A stretch of 64,000 nucleotides of DNA from Octopus sinensis. Lineage: Eukaryota. A model generated the notes under the pieces. It was given only the letters and a program-made list of their open reading frames with translations. It had not been told where the DNA came from and made no database searches. Positions within the stretch are counted from its first letter, which is position 1. Every line of letters begins with the position of its first letter. Location: the NCBI RefSeq assembly GCF_006345805.1, contig NC_043007.1, positions 15,252,001 through 15,316,000 of the forward strand, read 5' to 3'. This document shows positions 37,313 to 50,890 of the stretch, piece after piece. The position numbers were made by a program, and so were the translations under genes.

Positions 37313-37595
37313 CAAAATTTAAAGGACTGACCACTAAAAGTGGACGGTCAATATGCCAGATATAGACGTCAAAATCGCTATTTCCACGAAGAATGTGATA
37401 TTAACAAGCGAAACTGATCGGTACATAGGTAATCGTTATTATTTCGTATATTTTCATTTGTCTTGCTTATTTTTTACACTTTGATTTGTGCTGAGTTTTT
37501 ATTTGAGAACACATTCTTCGTGGAAAATAGCGATTTTGACGTCTATATCTAGCATATTGACCGTCCACTTTTAGTGGTCAGTCCTTTAAATTTTG
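37313..37595. mobile_element. MITE with about 86-bp TIRs and TA flanks (Tc1/mariner-type)
   Basis: TA|caaaatttaaaggactgaccactaaaagtggacgg ... ccgtccacttttagtggtcagtcctttaaattttg|TA. Confidence 0.88.
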
Positions 37596-37682
37596 TATGT
37601 AAAAATATTTTAATCTTCGGATTTCTTTAATATGCTAGGCCACTGGTTTTAATTGATTACTATCAATTTCTACCCTTATTCA

Positions 37683-37714
<32 letters not shown>

Positions 37715-37915
37715 TATCTGTAAATATGATATGTGACAATTATTCGGTAGCTATGATAAAACTCCGAGTTTCGGATGTCGGTCATTTTTGTAGCATTTTT
37801 TTCGATGGCCCGATAACTGAAGAAATGCCAGCGAGGGTTCCCCTCCCACCGACATCCGAAACTTGGAGTTTTATCATGGCTACCGTATAATTGTCACATT
37901 TTATATTTACAGATA
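37715..37915. mobile_element. MITE with about 68-bp TIRs
   Basis: tatctgtaaatatgatatgtgacaatta...cggatgtcggt pairs with accgacatccg...taattgtcacattttatatttacagata. Confidence 0.82.
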
Positions 37916-37984
37916 AATTCCTCTATTTACATAAGGTCTCTTTCATTGTTTTATTGTCTTGTCATTTCTCTCAATATATATATG

Positions 37985-38076
<92 letters not shown>

Positions 38077-38084
38077 GTGTATGC

Positions 38085-38450
38085 ACGAGCAAAATGCCCC
38101 AATGGACGGTGCTGAGTTGTTAAACAACTTGTCCGACCGTCCCATTTTGTGGCATTATTTCAAGCCAGCCTACTTTTTTTGCGCAAACTGCACGTACATT
38201 TTTCTCGCGTACGCGTAGTATCGATCCCAACAGCTGATGTTCTTGTAAGTACAAATGCACGTTCCCACGGCTTAATCGATCGCATTCTCACCTGGAATCG
38301 ATTTTTGTAATTTTTTCAAGATTTATACACGTCCTGATACCATCGGTATCTACGTATCAAATTTGAGCGCAATCGGATCGAGGATGCCCGAGATCCTAGA
38401 AGACACACAGACAGACTGGCAGAACGGATTTTATATAATATATAAATATA
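38085..38450 (-). mobile_element. Non-autonomous Helitron-like element
   Basis: Minus strand starts tatattatataaaatccgttctgccagtctgtctgtgtgtc and ends ggggcattttgctcgt (decayed CTAGT). Confidence 0.5.
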
Positions 38451-39755
38451 TGGTTTTGAAGGAACATATACCCGGAATGGGCAGCGCGCCATCTGAATGA
38501 AACTAATTGTTCATCAACTGTTGTACATGCACTTGGAACATATCCATCTTGCAAATTCTGATTCCACATTTCAAATAATTCTTTTATGGGCTCCAATTTA
38601 TCATCACTTCTCTTCTTTTTTTCTTGCACTAGAATCATCAAAGCGCAATACTTGTAAAATCTGTTGAAATCTTCCTCGGCTCATAATTGTGTTGAATATT
38701 GGGCAGCCATCTTCTTGACTCCATAACTGTTTGACATTTTCTTGTTTAGATTTATAAACACTTATAAGAATAATCAGTCCAATAAATTTCTTTAGTTCAG
38801 AGAGATCACTTTCCTTTCATTTATCTTTGTAAACAACCTGGCCTTCAACATTTGTCCATTTACGATTTACTTCAATGAGATTCTGGCGCGCAAAGATAGT
38901 AAAACATGTTTCAATGCTATCGCAAGACCTTTTAGCAAAATGGGATGGCCCACATTCTTGGTGCACAGTATTGCAAGATGAAGTTCTTACTGCTGCTTGA
39001 GTAAGAAGATTAGAATACCAAACTTCTTGCTCATTCATAATTGGGTGGTTTGCAGATAATTGTTTTTGAGTATCTTCATCATCTGATGACACAGAACCTA
39101 AACTGTCCAGCACGCAATCACTTTCACCATTATCTTCAGAGCAAAAGATGGAATCACTACTATCTTCTTCCCATTTTTCATCTAATTCCAGTAACCTTTC
39201 TGATATTTGGTTTTCACTCAAGTTTTCCCGTCTAGGCATATTGGAAAGCACAACTTAACTATATGAGACTAACGGCAGATATTGCTCTCCTGAAAGATGA
39301 TGCAATATATTGTAAGAAAAGCGTCATCACATAGATATGTTGCATCATCCTATAACCTAGCAGATTGAAGGTGATGCAATACCACTCAAATTTACAGGAA
39401 TATTTCCATAATTTTTCCTCTTTTATATAAAATTCAGCAAATAAATTGAATACAATTTTATCTATTTTATAACTGATAAATATCTAGCAAAATAATATTT
39501 GAAACTGCTTTTATTCTGTTTAGAATTACAAGAGTATTATCTGAATTTGATTGAGGGTTCAATAGACCCATCCGGTAATTAATGTATAAAATAAAGTTTT
39601 CTAGTTTTTATAAACATACGGAAAATTTCCCATTTGACAAATAAAAGAGAGTCAGGAAAAAATTAGAGTCACGAGAAATCAGCAGAATCAAATAACATAA
39701 ACAGTAGGAAAAAGCAACTGAAATGAGTCCATTGGACCCATTGGTAGATAGAAGG
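38451..39755 (-). mobile_element. piggyBac transposon relic, left end plus N-terminal part of the transposase
   Basis: TTAA (39756-39759) then CCTTCTATCTACCAATGGGTCC on the minus strand; acidic N-terminus; DKLEPIKELFEMWNQNLQDGYVP...TVDEQLVSFR (piggyBac first catalytic D region). Confidence 0.88.
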
Positions 39756-40376
39756 TTAAGTGTATAATTAGAAATATATAATTATAATCAATGACGCTGG
39801 AGGGACAACGCCAATGTGCTAGAAGTAGATGTTAAATGTCCACAAACCATTCTAAATTTGTTCCCCTTTTGTCTCCCTCCAGCGCCTTAATTATAATTAT
39901 ATACTTAAATATTAACTCTACCGATATGGTGTTATTTTTATATGCTGATCACTGGTATAATCATTTTAATGATTATATCCTCAATTTATATGCAAATATA
40001 TTATTAATTCTGCTTGTTCGATCGTTCACATGTCACACTTTAGTTTTTTAGAGAGTGAGGCAGGCAGAGTGGGAGTGAGAGAGAGGGGAGAGACTGTGTA
40101 TGTGCGTGTGTGTATATGCGCGAAAAAAAGAGAGTGAGGGGGAGAGGAAGAGAAAGGGAGAGAGAGAAATATAAAGTGTTTAGCAGAGGGAAGTTTTAAA
40201 ATTATACATTATTGTGACAGGAAGTCAAATAACTTAGCAAAATAACTGTGGATGTAATTTTCTTTTACATTTGCAGTGAAATTCAAACTTATCATGTTAA
40301 TAAAAACTATTATGAAAGGACCTGTTGCTCTAGAACTGAAATTCGTTATACATGCCGGCCAATATGTATCGAAGGG

Positions 40377-40620
40377 CGGAGGCACATGGCTTAGTGTTTC
40401 GGGTGATGCAGAGACGATCGCAAGATTGTGCTCATCATTTTTGGACTGGACGATCAATTGTGTTCTTGAGCAAAGCACTTAATTTCTTGATGCTCCAGTC
40501 CACTCAGCTGGCAAAAATTAGTAATCCTGCGATGGACAGGCGTCCCGTCCAGGGGTAGAATATATACGCCACAGAATCCAGTGAGTCAGCCTTTTGAGCC
40601 TATGGCTCGGTAAGGGTCTT
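40377..40620 (+). mobile_element. SINE head D + V-domain-like tail, diverged
   Basis: ggcacatggcttagtg...gtgttcttgagcaaagcactt...gctccagtccactcagctggcaaaaa followed by cctgcgatggacaggcgtcccgtccagggg. Confidence 0.75.
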
Positions 40621-41154
40621 CGATCCCCTTTTTATGTATCGCTGAGCTGCAGAAGATCTGTTTAAAATACCCAGTGTCTGATTCAGAGGGAGACAGTAAT
40701 GAGGTGAAATCCTGATAATCTAACCTACAAATGCCTCGAGAAAGAAGTTGTGACCTTCAGAATTTGGATAGAACTGCTTACATAAAGTTAATATGTCCTC
40801 CTTTTTAATACTCCGACATCATGGCGGTGACGTCGCCTTCGAATTATTCATCAATTTCCTGTGCACTAGTTTAAACGATATGCCACCCACTGCACCTAAA
40901 TACCGCATTAAGAGCTTAAGATCCAATGTATTATTGAATATTATTAATAATGGTAATTTATTTAGCACAAATGAAACAAATTTGTCAATACATGCCAATA
41001 CAATACAAAGCGGTACAAATACATAAATGAAAAATGGAATAGGGTAGCACACGTTTATGATTTAATAACAAAATATAAACATAATTATACGTGTGTGGAA
41101 GTGTGGAAATGTGTGTAGAAGTGTGTATTTCTCTCTCTCTCTCTCTCTCTCACT

Positions 41155-41201
<47 letters not shown>

Positions 41202-42026
41202 TTCACACACACATACATACATATAACACTGCTGTTGTTGAAAGCAATGGAAGCAAGGGAGATATGTCAGTGTCGATAGTGATGCCGGTGGCGATGTCGA
41301 AAGCGAAGGCGGACTTAACAATCTGCTTCGTTTCATTGAAAGGCCAAGCAACAGTGAGAGTTGCAACGCAACACAGCATGAAGCCACTTTATTATATTGA
41401 AATAACATTGGCTTAACAATCACTTCCCTTCTCCTCCATAGTAATCGCCTTAGCATGCCATATTTCTTGTGTCTTTGCCGCCTCAATATGGCGTAGGATG
41501 GACGTATGTGGGAAGCTGCATCTTAATGCAGTTTTACTGCATTATCGATTACCGTTTGCATTTGTGATGTATTGTACTGTATTGTATGTGTTGTATTGTT
41601 TTTGTGTTATATTATCTTGGCATTGTTTTGCCTTGTTTTGTGGCTTGTGGCTTGTGGCTTCTATCAGTACACGGTTTGCCCGAGTTTGACTAAGAATTTG
41701 GATATGGTTTATATTTTGTTTGATATGCACTCGTCTGTTTGTTTATTTCTTTGTAGAGTGTGTTTGTGTATTTAAATGAGAAGAGCAGGCAAAACAGTGA
41801 GAGAGGGAGGAAAGGAAACAGGCAGAATGAGAAATGAACTGCAAGTGGGATGTGGTTTGTGTGCTTTTGTAATACGTGTTGGTATATGTTTAGGTAGATG
41901 TATTTCTAAGAGGCTATGTAAGCGTATGGTTGAACGAAACGGGAAAATAATAAGAAAGAAAAGAAAAGACACTGTCCAAACTGTGTTGCAGTGATGGCAG
42001 TATATATATATATATATAATATATAT

Positions 42027-42088
<62 letters not shown>

Positions 42089-42314
42089 ATATAATTATAT
42101 ATATATAATATATATATATATAATATATATATATATATAAAATATTTATTATGAATTTAAATAATAAGGGTGAAAAATTGAATATTAATTTGATTAATAT
42201 CAATTTAAAACCAATGGCCTAGTATATTGAAAAATCTGAAGATTCAGAAAAATTATATTATATATATATATAGCTTACACACACACACACACACATATAT
42301 ATATATTTTTTTTC

Positions 42315-42708
42315 TTTTACTTGTTTCAGTCATTTGACTGCGGCCATGCTGGAGCACCGCCTTTAGTCGAGCAAATCGACCCCGGGACTTATTCTTTGTA
42401 AGCCTAGTACTTATTCTATCGGTCTCTTTTGCCGAACCGCTAAGTGACGGGGACGTAAACACACCAGCATCGGTTGTCAAGCAATGCTAGGGGGACAAAC
42501 ACAGACACACAAACATATACACACACACTTATATATATATACATATATACGACAGGCTTCTTTCAGTTCCGTCTACCAAATCCACTCACAAGGCATTGGT
42601 CGGCCCGGGGCTATAGCAGAGACACTTGCCCAAGATGCCACGCAGTGGGACTGAACCCGGAACCATGTGGTTGGTAAGCAAGCCGCTTACCACACAGCCA
42701 CTCCTGCG
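42315..42708 (-). mobile_element. SINE family A, full length
   Basis: Close reverse-complement match to the family consensus, including ggttcagtcccactgcgtggcatcttgggcaagtgtc. Confidence 0.92.
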
Positions 42709-42745
<37 letters not shown>

Positions 42746-42754
42746 TATATATAT

Positions 42755-42835
<81 letters not shown>

Positions 42836-42862
42836 AGAGAACAAAATGTACGTACGCCGCTA

Positions 42863-42895
<33 letters not shown>

Positions 42896-43009
42896 CAAAA
42901 TGGGACAAGAACGCAAAACATCCAGAAGACGATACAAAAAACACGGATAAAATTTCAAGTCGTCCACAAAGAAACAATAAACAATGTGTAATTTTAGTAT
43001 TTCTGTTTC

Positions 43010-43800
43010 CTTGTGAACCAGTGAGATATCCTTCAGCCTTCCTTGAATGACAAGGAATTTACAGAAAGTATAAAGAACATCACAGAAAGGCTGTCCTCTT
43101 GGAATATACCTTTGCGATAATGTATTCTATCAGTGATAATATAGTCACTCTTTGTGCTTAATTTGAAGGTGATGGCCCACGATGAAGTCAGTCTGCTATG
43201 GCTTTCACTATGCTCATTGGAACTTCAGCAAGTTGAAGGGCTTCTAGCATCTATGAGTGGGGAACAGAGTCAAAGGGCTTTCTTATAATCTAGCCACATT
43301 AAAACTAGGTTCCGCCTATGCTCTCGCACCTTGACATCACAGTTTTCTTGATTAGCAATTACTCAGCACATCCCCAGATTCCCTTCTTCCCAGCTTCTTG
43401 TCCTGCTGCGATGATGTTATTAGTTTCTCAATGGTCCTGCAGGAAGAGGTTAAGCATGCCGTTTATATCTTATACATTAAATTCTGGCATACAATTGACC
43501 AGTAGTCTTATGCTATGTGGGTGGTTCTGCATTTGGGGAACAATTTTGTCTCGACCAGAGCTAACCAGTGTGGTATGCTTACTGTTCCCAATGAGACCTT
43601 GCTGGTAGAGATTGATAAGATATGATCGGTTGAATGTTAGCTTCTTGTGATCCTGGAGCTTTTGGATCACAGTTGCAAGAGTTTCACCATCAATGTTGTA
43701 TGTCTTGGGCGTAACGCAGGAGAAATAATATCTTCGGATTTCTTCCAGCAACAGATTCTCAGATACGGTATGATACAAAATATGACAAGGCTAGCCCTTT
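43010..43800 (-). mobile_element. Degraded R4/Dong-like RT fragment
   Basis: Minus-strand peptides AGKKGIWGCAE*LLI, WLDYKKPFDSVPHS, GIFQEDSLS..FILSVN. Confidence 0.8.
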
Positions 43801-44336
43801 GAATTACAGATTCAATTCACTTTTGCCTCATCAGTGGACTGAAGAAGCGTGAAATAAAGCGGCGGCTTGCTTCGGGGACACAACGTGCTGTCGGAAATCG
43901 AATTCTTGCCGTTACGATCGTGAGCCAGATACCCCTAACCATTAAGCCACGCGCCTTCGCAAAGATCCACACACACACACACACACACACATACACACAC
44001 ACAAGCACGCACGCACACAACCACACATGATAAATAACTACAGCGAGAGAAACGCAAATTATCTCTTCAAAAACACAAGAGCTGGTAACTTTAAACATTT
44101 ATTACAATAACACATTTTTAAGAGAAGTTAACCGTTTTTTTGTGTGTTTCTCAATGGCTAATTTGTGATGCACACGTTGTAATTTTTTCGGTATTTGCAC
44201 AAAGTCTCAGCTCAAATTACTAGCTAGAAAAGTACATCCCCAAAATATATATATCTCCGAAATATGTATATATCAAAGGTCGAGATTTTTTGGATTTCAC
44301 TGGTGATTTTGGCAACTTGTATCTAGATTTTATATC

Positions 44337-45758
44337 ATTAATTTGGTGCAAACTGTTGTTCAGTCATTACATAATTGTTTATTCTTTTTTCATTTGTAGC
44401 GTATAAGCATTAATTTTTGTTTATTCTTTATTTTACAACTCTGATAACGAATGGAGAACAAATTGCAATTAGAGCCATTTTACGCTAAGGAGAAAAAAAA
44501 AGCCCGAGTGCGAGAACAGCGTCAAAAGGGACTAATGATGTACAAGTCCCAGGAACTCGTGGAGGCACATGGCCTAGTGGTTAGAGCAGCGGACTAGCGG
44601 TCGAGGGATCGCGGGTTCGAATCTCAGACCGGGTGATGTGTGTGCTGACTCTTTCCCCGCAACTTTCTCTCACTCCTTCCTCCTACATCTAGTAGCTCAC
44701 CTGCGACGGACCGGCGTCCCGTCCAAGGTGGGGAACCTATACGCCAAAGAAACCGGGAAACCGCCCCTTATGAGCTAGGCATGACTCGAGAAGGAAGCCC
44801 CAGGAACTGTCACCGAACGGGTGGCACACAAGTGGTTCAGATTTTTCAAGGAAAGAGACACCAGTCTGAAAGAGAAACCAATGTCAATGAGACTTTGTGC
44901 TGTGGAAGATGAAGCCTTATTTGAAATGGTTGAACAACGGCCAAGCACAAGCACTCATACGTTACCGGCAGAACTTCGACCTTCACAAGACACTATCAAT
45001 CGATACTTCCATAAGGTCAGCTTTGTGAACGGATGAGAAGCTTCATATGAACTGGCCAATGACGAGGCTCAACGACGTGTGAACATTGGGAAACAACTGC
45101 TGGAAAATCCTCAAAATGACAGGTTTTTTGCTATTAAATTGCAAGCGAGGATGAAAAAGTGCTAGTCTTCAGAAATTGTTGTCAAACAAGGGAGGTTTGA
45201 GCCATCAGATTACCATGTTGTGTATTTGGTGGAATTTCGAATGAGTATTACACTTTCAGCTTGCCCAAGATGGGATGCTGTGAACGCTGACCTTTATGCT
45301 CACCAACTCCAGTCAGTATATGATGCTTCTGAAAGCCCATTACAAGGTATTGGGCAATCTAAGACGCGCACTTCTGCAGCATGATAATGCCCCAGCACAC
45401 ACTGCCGACATGGCCAAGCTCAAACTCGAAGAATTTGAGGGGCTGGAAGTGCAGCTTCACCCTGCCGATACTCCAAATCTTGAGCCATCAGATTACCGCC
45501 TTTTCCCAGCCTTGGCACGTTTCCTGCAAGGATGGAGGTTTCACAATGTGGACCAAGCTGAAAACGGATGCAAGGAGTTTTCTGTCTCTAAACCAGCCAA
45601 ATTGTATTAGCGTGGATTTGAACGTTTGGCGCAGACAATAGATTATGCTGGAATATATTTTGACGAATAGACCATTTGTGCATGCACAATTTGTTTCAAC
45701 TATTTATTAAAACGTGAAGTACGAAAAATTAAAAAAAACCTTTTGACTCAACCTGGTA
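44337..45758 (+). mobile_element. Mariner transposon relic interrupted by a SINE
   Basis: TVTERVAHKWFRFF..D.SL, LLQHDNAPAHT, HPADTPNLEPSDYRLF (mariner D,D34D region); ends ...ttttgactcaacctgg|TA. Confidence 0.88.
44559..44798 (+). mobile_element. SINE head C + V-domain-like tail inserted in the mariner, 10-bp TSD
   Basis: cccaggaact at 44548-44557 and 44799-44808. Confidence 0.9.
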
Positions 45759-45928
45759 TATACTACAGGCATCCTCAGAAAATATCCGTTCTACCAAATT
45801 TACTCAAAAGGCATTGGTTGGATTGGGCGATAATAGATGACATTTGTTCAAGGTGCCACGCAATGAGATCGAACTCGAAAACTCATTGAGAAGCGAGCTT
45901 CTTACCCACAAAAACTATGTCTGCGGCA

Positions 45929-45983
<55 letters not shown>

Positions 45984-46102
45984 CATACATACATATATAT
46001 ATATATGTATATGTATGTATGTACATGTATATATAATATATATATGTATATATATATACATATATGCGCGCACATGTGCACATATGTATAATATATCTCT
46101 AA

Positions 46103-46424
46103 AGACTCCGCCGGTTACGACGACGAGGGTCCCAGCTGATACGACCAACGGAACAGCTTGCTCGTGAAATTAACGTGCAAGTGGCTGAGCATTCCACAGA
46201 CACGTGTACCCTTAACGTAGTTCTCGGGGATAATCAGCGTGACACAGAGAGTGACAAGGCTGACCCTTTGAAATACAAGTACAAGTCATTTTTGCCAGCT
46301 GAGTGGACTGGAGCAACGTGAAATAAAGTGTCTTGCTCAAGGACACAACGCGTCGCCGGGAATCGAACTCACAACCTTACGATCATGAGCCGAATGCCCT
46401 AACCACTAAGCCACGCGCCCTCAC
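46103..46424 (-). mobile_element. SINE head D + tail ii, full length
   Basis: A box TGGCTTAGTGG, B box GAGTTCGATTCCC, CORE-like gtccttgagcaagacactt, tail ii. Confidence 0.9.
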
Positions 46425-46877
46425 GTATAATATATATACACACACTGTGTGTATGATTGTGTGTGTGTGTATGAGTGTATGTGTCTGTCAATGTGTTTGC
46501 GTATGCATATGTGCGGGAGCGCGTGTGTAAACGTCTGCGTATAGTTTCAACTTCAGCAACAAATTATGAATTCGAGAGAAAGAGGGAAACTCTGAGACAG
46601 AGAGAGAGAGAGAGGGTGGGGAAGATAGACGTATAGATGGAGAGAGAAAGAGAGGGGGAGAGAGTGAGAGAGATTGACGCAGTGGGTGAGTGGGGTGGCT
46701 ACGCAACTCTGAGAGTCGTAGCTTTTAATGTTTACTAAAATATGTTTATTCAATAAGTTTTTATCGCCAAGATTTGACATAAATCTTTTTGGAACAAGCT
46801 TGCATAAAATTAATTGCATCGAACATTCTTTGCTTTCTGTTACTCTCTCTTTTTCTTGCTCTCTATAACTGTCTGTC

Positions 46878-46917
<40 letters not shown>

Positions 46918-47187
46918 CATGTAGGCATATAGGCATATATCATCTGTGTATATGTGTATATACATACATGTACATGTAAGTATATATGTAAATGCGAATA
47001 TAAGTGTGTGTATATGTGTATGTATGTGTATATATATATAAATAGATACATATATACATGCTTACGTACATACATATACAGATATATGTACGTATAATAC
47101 ATATATAGGTCTGTAAGTATATATACATACGTACTTACATACATAATATATATAAATATACACATATGCAGATATTTATAAAATGAA

Positions 47188-47239
<52 letters not shown>

Positions 47240-47389
47240 GAGAGAGAGATAGAGAGAGAGAGAAAAATGAGTCTCCGTCCCTTTCGAGGATGAGGATTCT
47301 GTTCAACCAAGTGAATATGCTCATTGAATTAGCGAAGAAATGGCCGAGCGTTTTATACATATTATTTTCTACTCTGAAATTTGGTGGGA

Positions 47390-47775
47390 TGGAGCAAGTC
47401 GGTTAGATCGACCCCAGTACGCAACTGGCACTTTATCGACCCCAGAAAGGATGAAAGCAAAGTCAACCTCGGCAGAATTTGAACTTAGAACGTGAAGACA
47501 GACGAAATATCGCTATGTAGTTTGCCCGGCGTGCTAACGTTTCTGCTAGCGTTTTATACATATTTATTTCTTTATTGCCCACAAGGGGCTACACGCAGAG
47601 GGGACAAACAAGGACAGGCAGAGGAATTACGTCGATACAATCGACCCCAGTGCGTACTGGTACTTATTAATACGACCCCGAAAGGATGAAAGGCAAAGTC
47701 GAGCTGGGCGGAATTTGAACTCAACGTAGCGGCAGACGAAATACCGCAAAGCATTTCGCCCCGGCGTGCTAAAGT
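47390..47775 (-). mobile_element. Two SINE family B units
   Basis: Two runs of cgaccccg/agaaaggatgaaag..aaagtc..ctcggc.gaatttgaact. Confidence 0.8.
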
Positions 47776-47822
47776 TTCTTTTCTACTCTAGCCCGTCGTA
47801 TAGTCGAATTGGGTATAGATAG

Positions 47823-47864
<42 letters not shown>

Positions 47865-47914
47865 TATATTAATAATATATATAGCTATATATATATATAT
47901 ATACATATATATAC

Positions 47915-48050
<136 letters not shown>

Positions 48051-48270
48051 CAGTGGTTTTCAACCAGGGTTCTGGGGAACCTTTGGGTTCCTCCAGTACA
48101 GTCCAGGGGTTCCGCAAGAAAGTTACAAAACTGCTAAAATCGGCAGTAATTTTTTATTCTCCTGTGCAGATATGTGTGCATAAGACTATTAAATTATTGC
48201 ACAGGGGTTCCCCGAGCCAGTGGAATGTTTCCTTGGGGTTCCGCTCCAGCAAAAAGTTTTAAAAGCACTG
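48051..48270. mobile_element. hAT-type MITE in a (TA)n tract
   Basis: Termini CAGTGGTTTTCAA and TTTAAAAGCACTG. Confidence 0.75.
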
Positions 48271-48304
<34 letters not shown>

Positions 48305-48308
<4 letters not shown>

Positions 48309-48525
48309 GTGTGTATATGTTTGTGTGTCTGTGTTTGTCCCCCCAACATCGCTTGACAACCGATGCTTGTGTGTTTACGTCCCGGTAACTTAGTGGTTCG
48401 GCAAAACAGACCGATAGAATAAGTACTAGGCTTACAAAGAATAACTCCTGGGGTCGATTTGCTCAACTAAAGGCGGTGCTCCAGCATGGTCACAGTCAAA
48501 TGACTGAAACAAGTAAAAGAGTAAA
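48305..48525 (+). mobile_element. SINE family A 3' half
   Basis: gtttgtccccccaacatcgcttgacaaccgatg...aaaggcggtgctccagcatgg...aagtaaaagagtaaaaag. Confidence 0.88.
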
Positions 48526-49246
48526 AAGACTCCTAGGATACGCTTTTATTGTTGTTTATTTAACCCCAGCACAGACCAAAACAAAGACGTGCCAACCATG
48601 ACTACCATGATTGACAGTTATTTTGACCAACGTCACCTTCGTTTACTGAAGACAGAGTAGTGTATTTTAAGGGAGATACGGTAGTTATTTTTCGCTGACG
48701 GGTAACTACGTAGAACGTCTCTCTATTGGATCTCGTGCACATGTATATCTACGTGTAGGTTAGAGAGAGAGAGAGAAGGGAGAGGAAGAAGGAAAGAGAG
48801 AAAGAAGGAAAAAGAGAAAGAGGGGAAAGAGAAAAAGATTGAATGAGAGAGAAATTAAGAGTAAGAGTGAGAGAATTTATATGCACGCGTAAATATCTAA
48901 TTAGGATAGAAATTTGATTAGTGATGTACGTAAAGTTAAATATTGATTTCTTACACTAACACAGAGAACCAAATAATTCTAATGGAAATTATGGTGTAAC
49001 AGATTTGATCGAACTTTGTACGTGCTTAGTATATATTTCATCAAACAGAGAGAGATAAAAGATAGAGACGGCTTGCAGGGGTATTCGAGCTCAGAACTTG
49101 GGTGACCGGAATGGTCGTGCTCACTATCCCGTGTCACTGCGACCACTTTTGCTAAATTATATTTTTTTAATTAACTTTCTCAGAAGAACAAGGTCAACGT
49201 TTTAAAGTTCTCTTTATCAGGACCTTCATGTCATAACGCTCTCTTT

Positions 49247-49718
49247 TTACTCTTTTACTTGTTTCAGTCATTTGACTGTGGCCATGCTGGAGCACCACCT
49301 TTAATCGAGCAAATCGACCCCGGGACTTATTCTTTGTAAGCCTAGTACTTATTCTATCGGTCTCTTTAGCCGAACCGCTAAATTACGGGGACGTAAAGAC
49401 ACCAGCAATCGGTTGTCAGCGATGTTGGCGGGGGGGGCAAACACAGACACACAAACATATGCACACACATACGTACACACACACCACACCACAACACACA
49501 CACCCACACACAACCACACACATATATATATATATATATATATCTATATATATGTACATATACGACGGGTTCTTTCGGTTTCCGTCTACCAATCCACTCA
49601 CAAGGCTTTGGTCGGCCCGAGGCTATAGTAGAAGACACTTGCTCAAGGTGCCACGCAGTGGGACTGAACCCGGAACCATGTGGTTGGTAAGCAAGCTACT
49701 TACCACACAGCCACTCCT
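49247..49718 (-). mobile_element. SINE family A, full length
   Basis: Close match to 42315-42708 with a different internal microsatellite. Confidence 0.92.
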
Positions 49719-50112
49719 ACGCAGTGCAGGGGAAAAAGGAGGAAATTTGGCCTGAAATCCTTCAAAGAAATGGACCCTACTGAAGATAACCAAGAACCAA
49801 TAGTCGTGTTAATCCGGGTGATAGTTTGATTCTCCCATAGAAGTGCAAGAACGTTTATTCCGTTGGTTTCTATTACATTTTCCGTTAGCAAAATACATTG
49901 ACATCTGTTTGGTTAACGAAAGTCTATGGCAACAGAACTTCTAAACCACACAGCAGAGCCTGCGCTTATGTTATACAAGGGTCTCATCTAACAATGAGTA
50001 ATGATTTTGTTGTACTATACACCATTACGTTACAACTATCAAGAGGGGACATCCCTGCTGTCGTTCAAGCCATTTGAGTAAGTAGCCAAATCAGTCTAAA
50101 ATCGTACTCTAC

Positions 50113-50308
50113 TTTAAAAAGGGGACATTTGGTAATGTAGACCTATGTGCACTGGGCTTACAAAAATGAATGTCTCAGCTGAAATGCCTTTAATCATAGT
50201 CCGGTATGACTTTTAAAAAGGAGACATTTTATGATGTAGGCCTATGTGTACTGGGCTTACGAAACTCAATGTATCGGTTGAAATGCCTTTAATCATAGTC
50301 CGGTATGA
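50113..50308. repeat. Tandem duplication of a unit of about 98 bp
   Basis: tttaaaaagg.gacattt...ctgggcttac...gaaatgcctttaatcatagtccggtatga occurs twice. Confidence 0.85.
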
Positions 50309-50653
50309 TTAGGGTTAAGCAACCAAAACGACGGCCATCAAGTATAAACCTTAATCTGAAATAGATACGAGATGCAGTGGAGATACCGACTAAAAATATT
50401 GGTTTTCTACTACGTAGGTGAGCACTGAGGCTGCTTCGGTTGGCTGAGACGGTTAACATTACTCTTTTGAAATGTCTTCTATATACGTTGACAGTGATTT
50501 ACAGCTGAGGGTTTATTATATGCGAACCTAACTATAATGTAGATGAAAACATTTTATCATTAATTAAAATCTTAGGATAATAAGAATATTTATCGAAAAG
50601 ATTCTTAGCTACCAGTGGTCTAGCGAGAAGGAAAAAATTTAGTCAATAGACTA

Positions 50654-50890
50654 TACATTTTCAGAGAAGAATACAGTGCACATTCAAACACATAAGAGAT
50701 ACCCAAAAGATAGGATATCTGACTCACTAGAAAGAGCAGTTAAACTCCAAGTTTTTATTTTTCAATCACTTTCGGAATTACAGCAATTAGTGGCTTGGAG
50801 TTTAACTGTTCTTTCTAGTGAGTCAGATATCCTATTTTTTGGGTATCTCTTATGTTTGAATGTACACTGTATTCTTTTCTGTATAATGTA
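50654..50890. mobile_element. Foldback/MITE with about 97-bp inverted arms and a 42-bp spacer
   Basis: agaatacagtgcacattcaaacacataagagatacccaaaagataggatatctgactcactagaaagagcagttaaactccaag and its reverse complement. Confidence 0.82.

Noticed and set aside
40790-41500. Unique AT-rich and GC-moderate stretches with short ORFs (ATGGCGGTG...; RHIEAAKTQEIWHAK on minus)
   Set aside because: Short frames with no recognisable domain or consistent splice sites.
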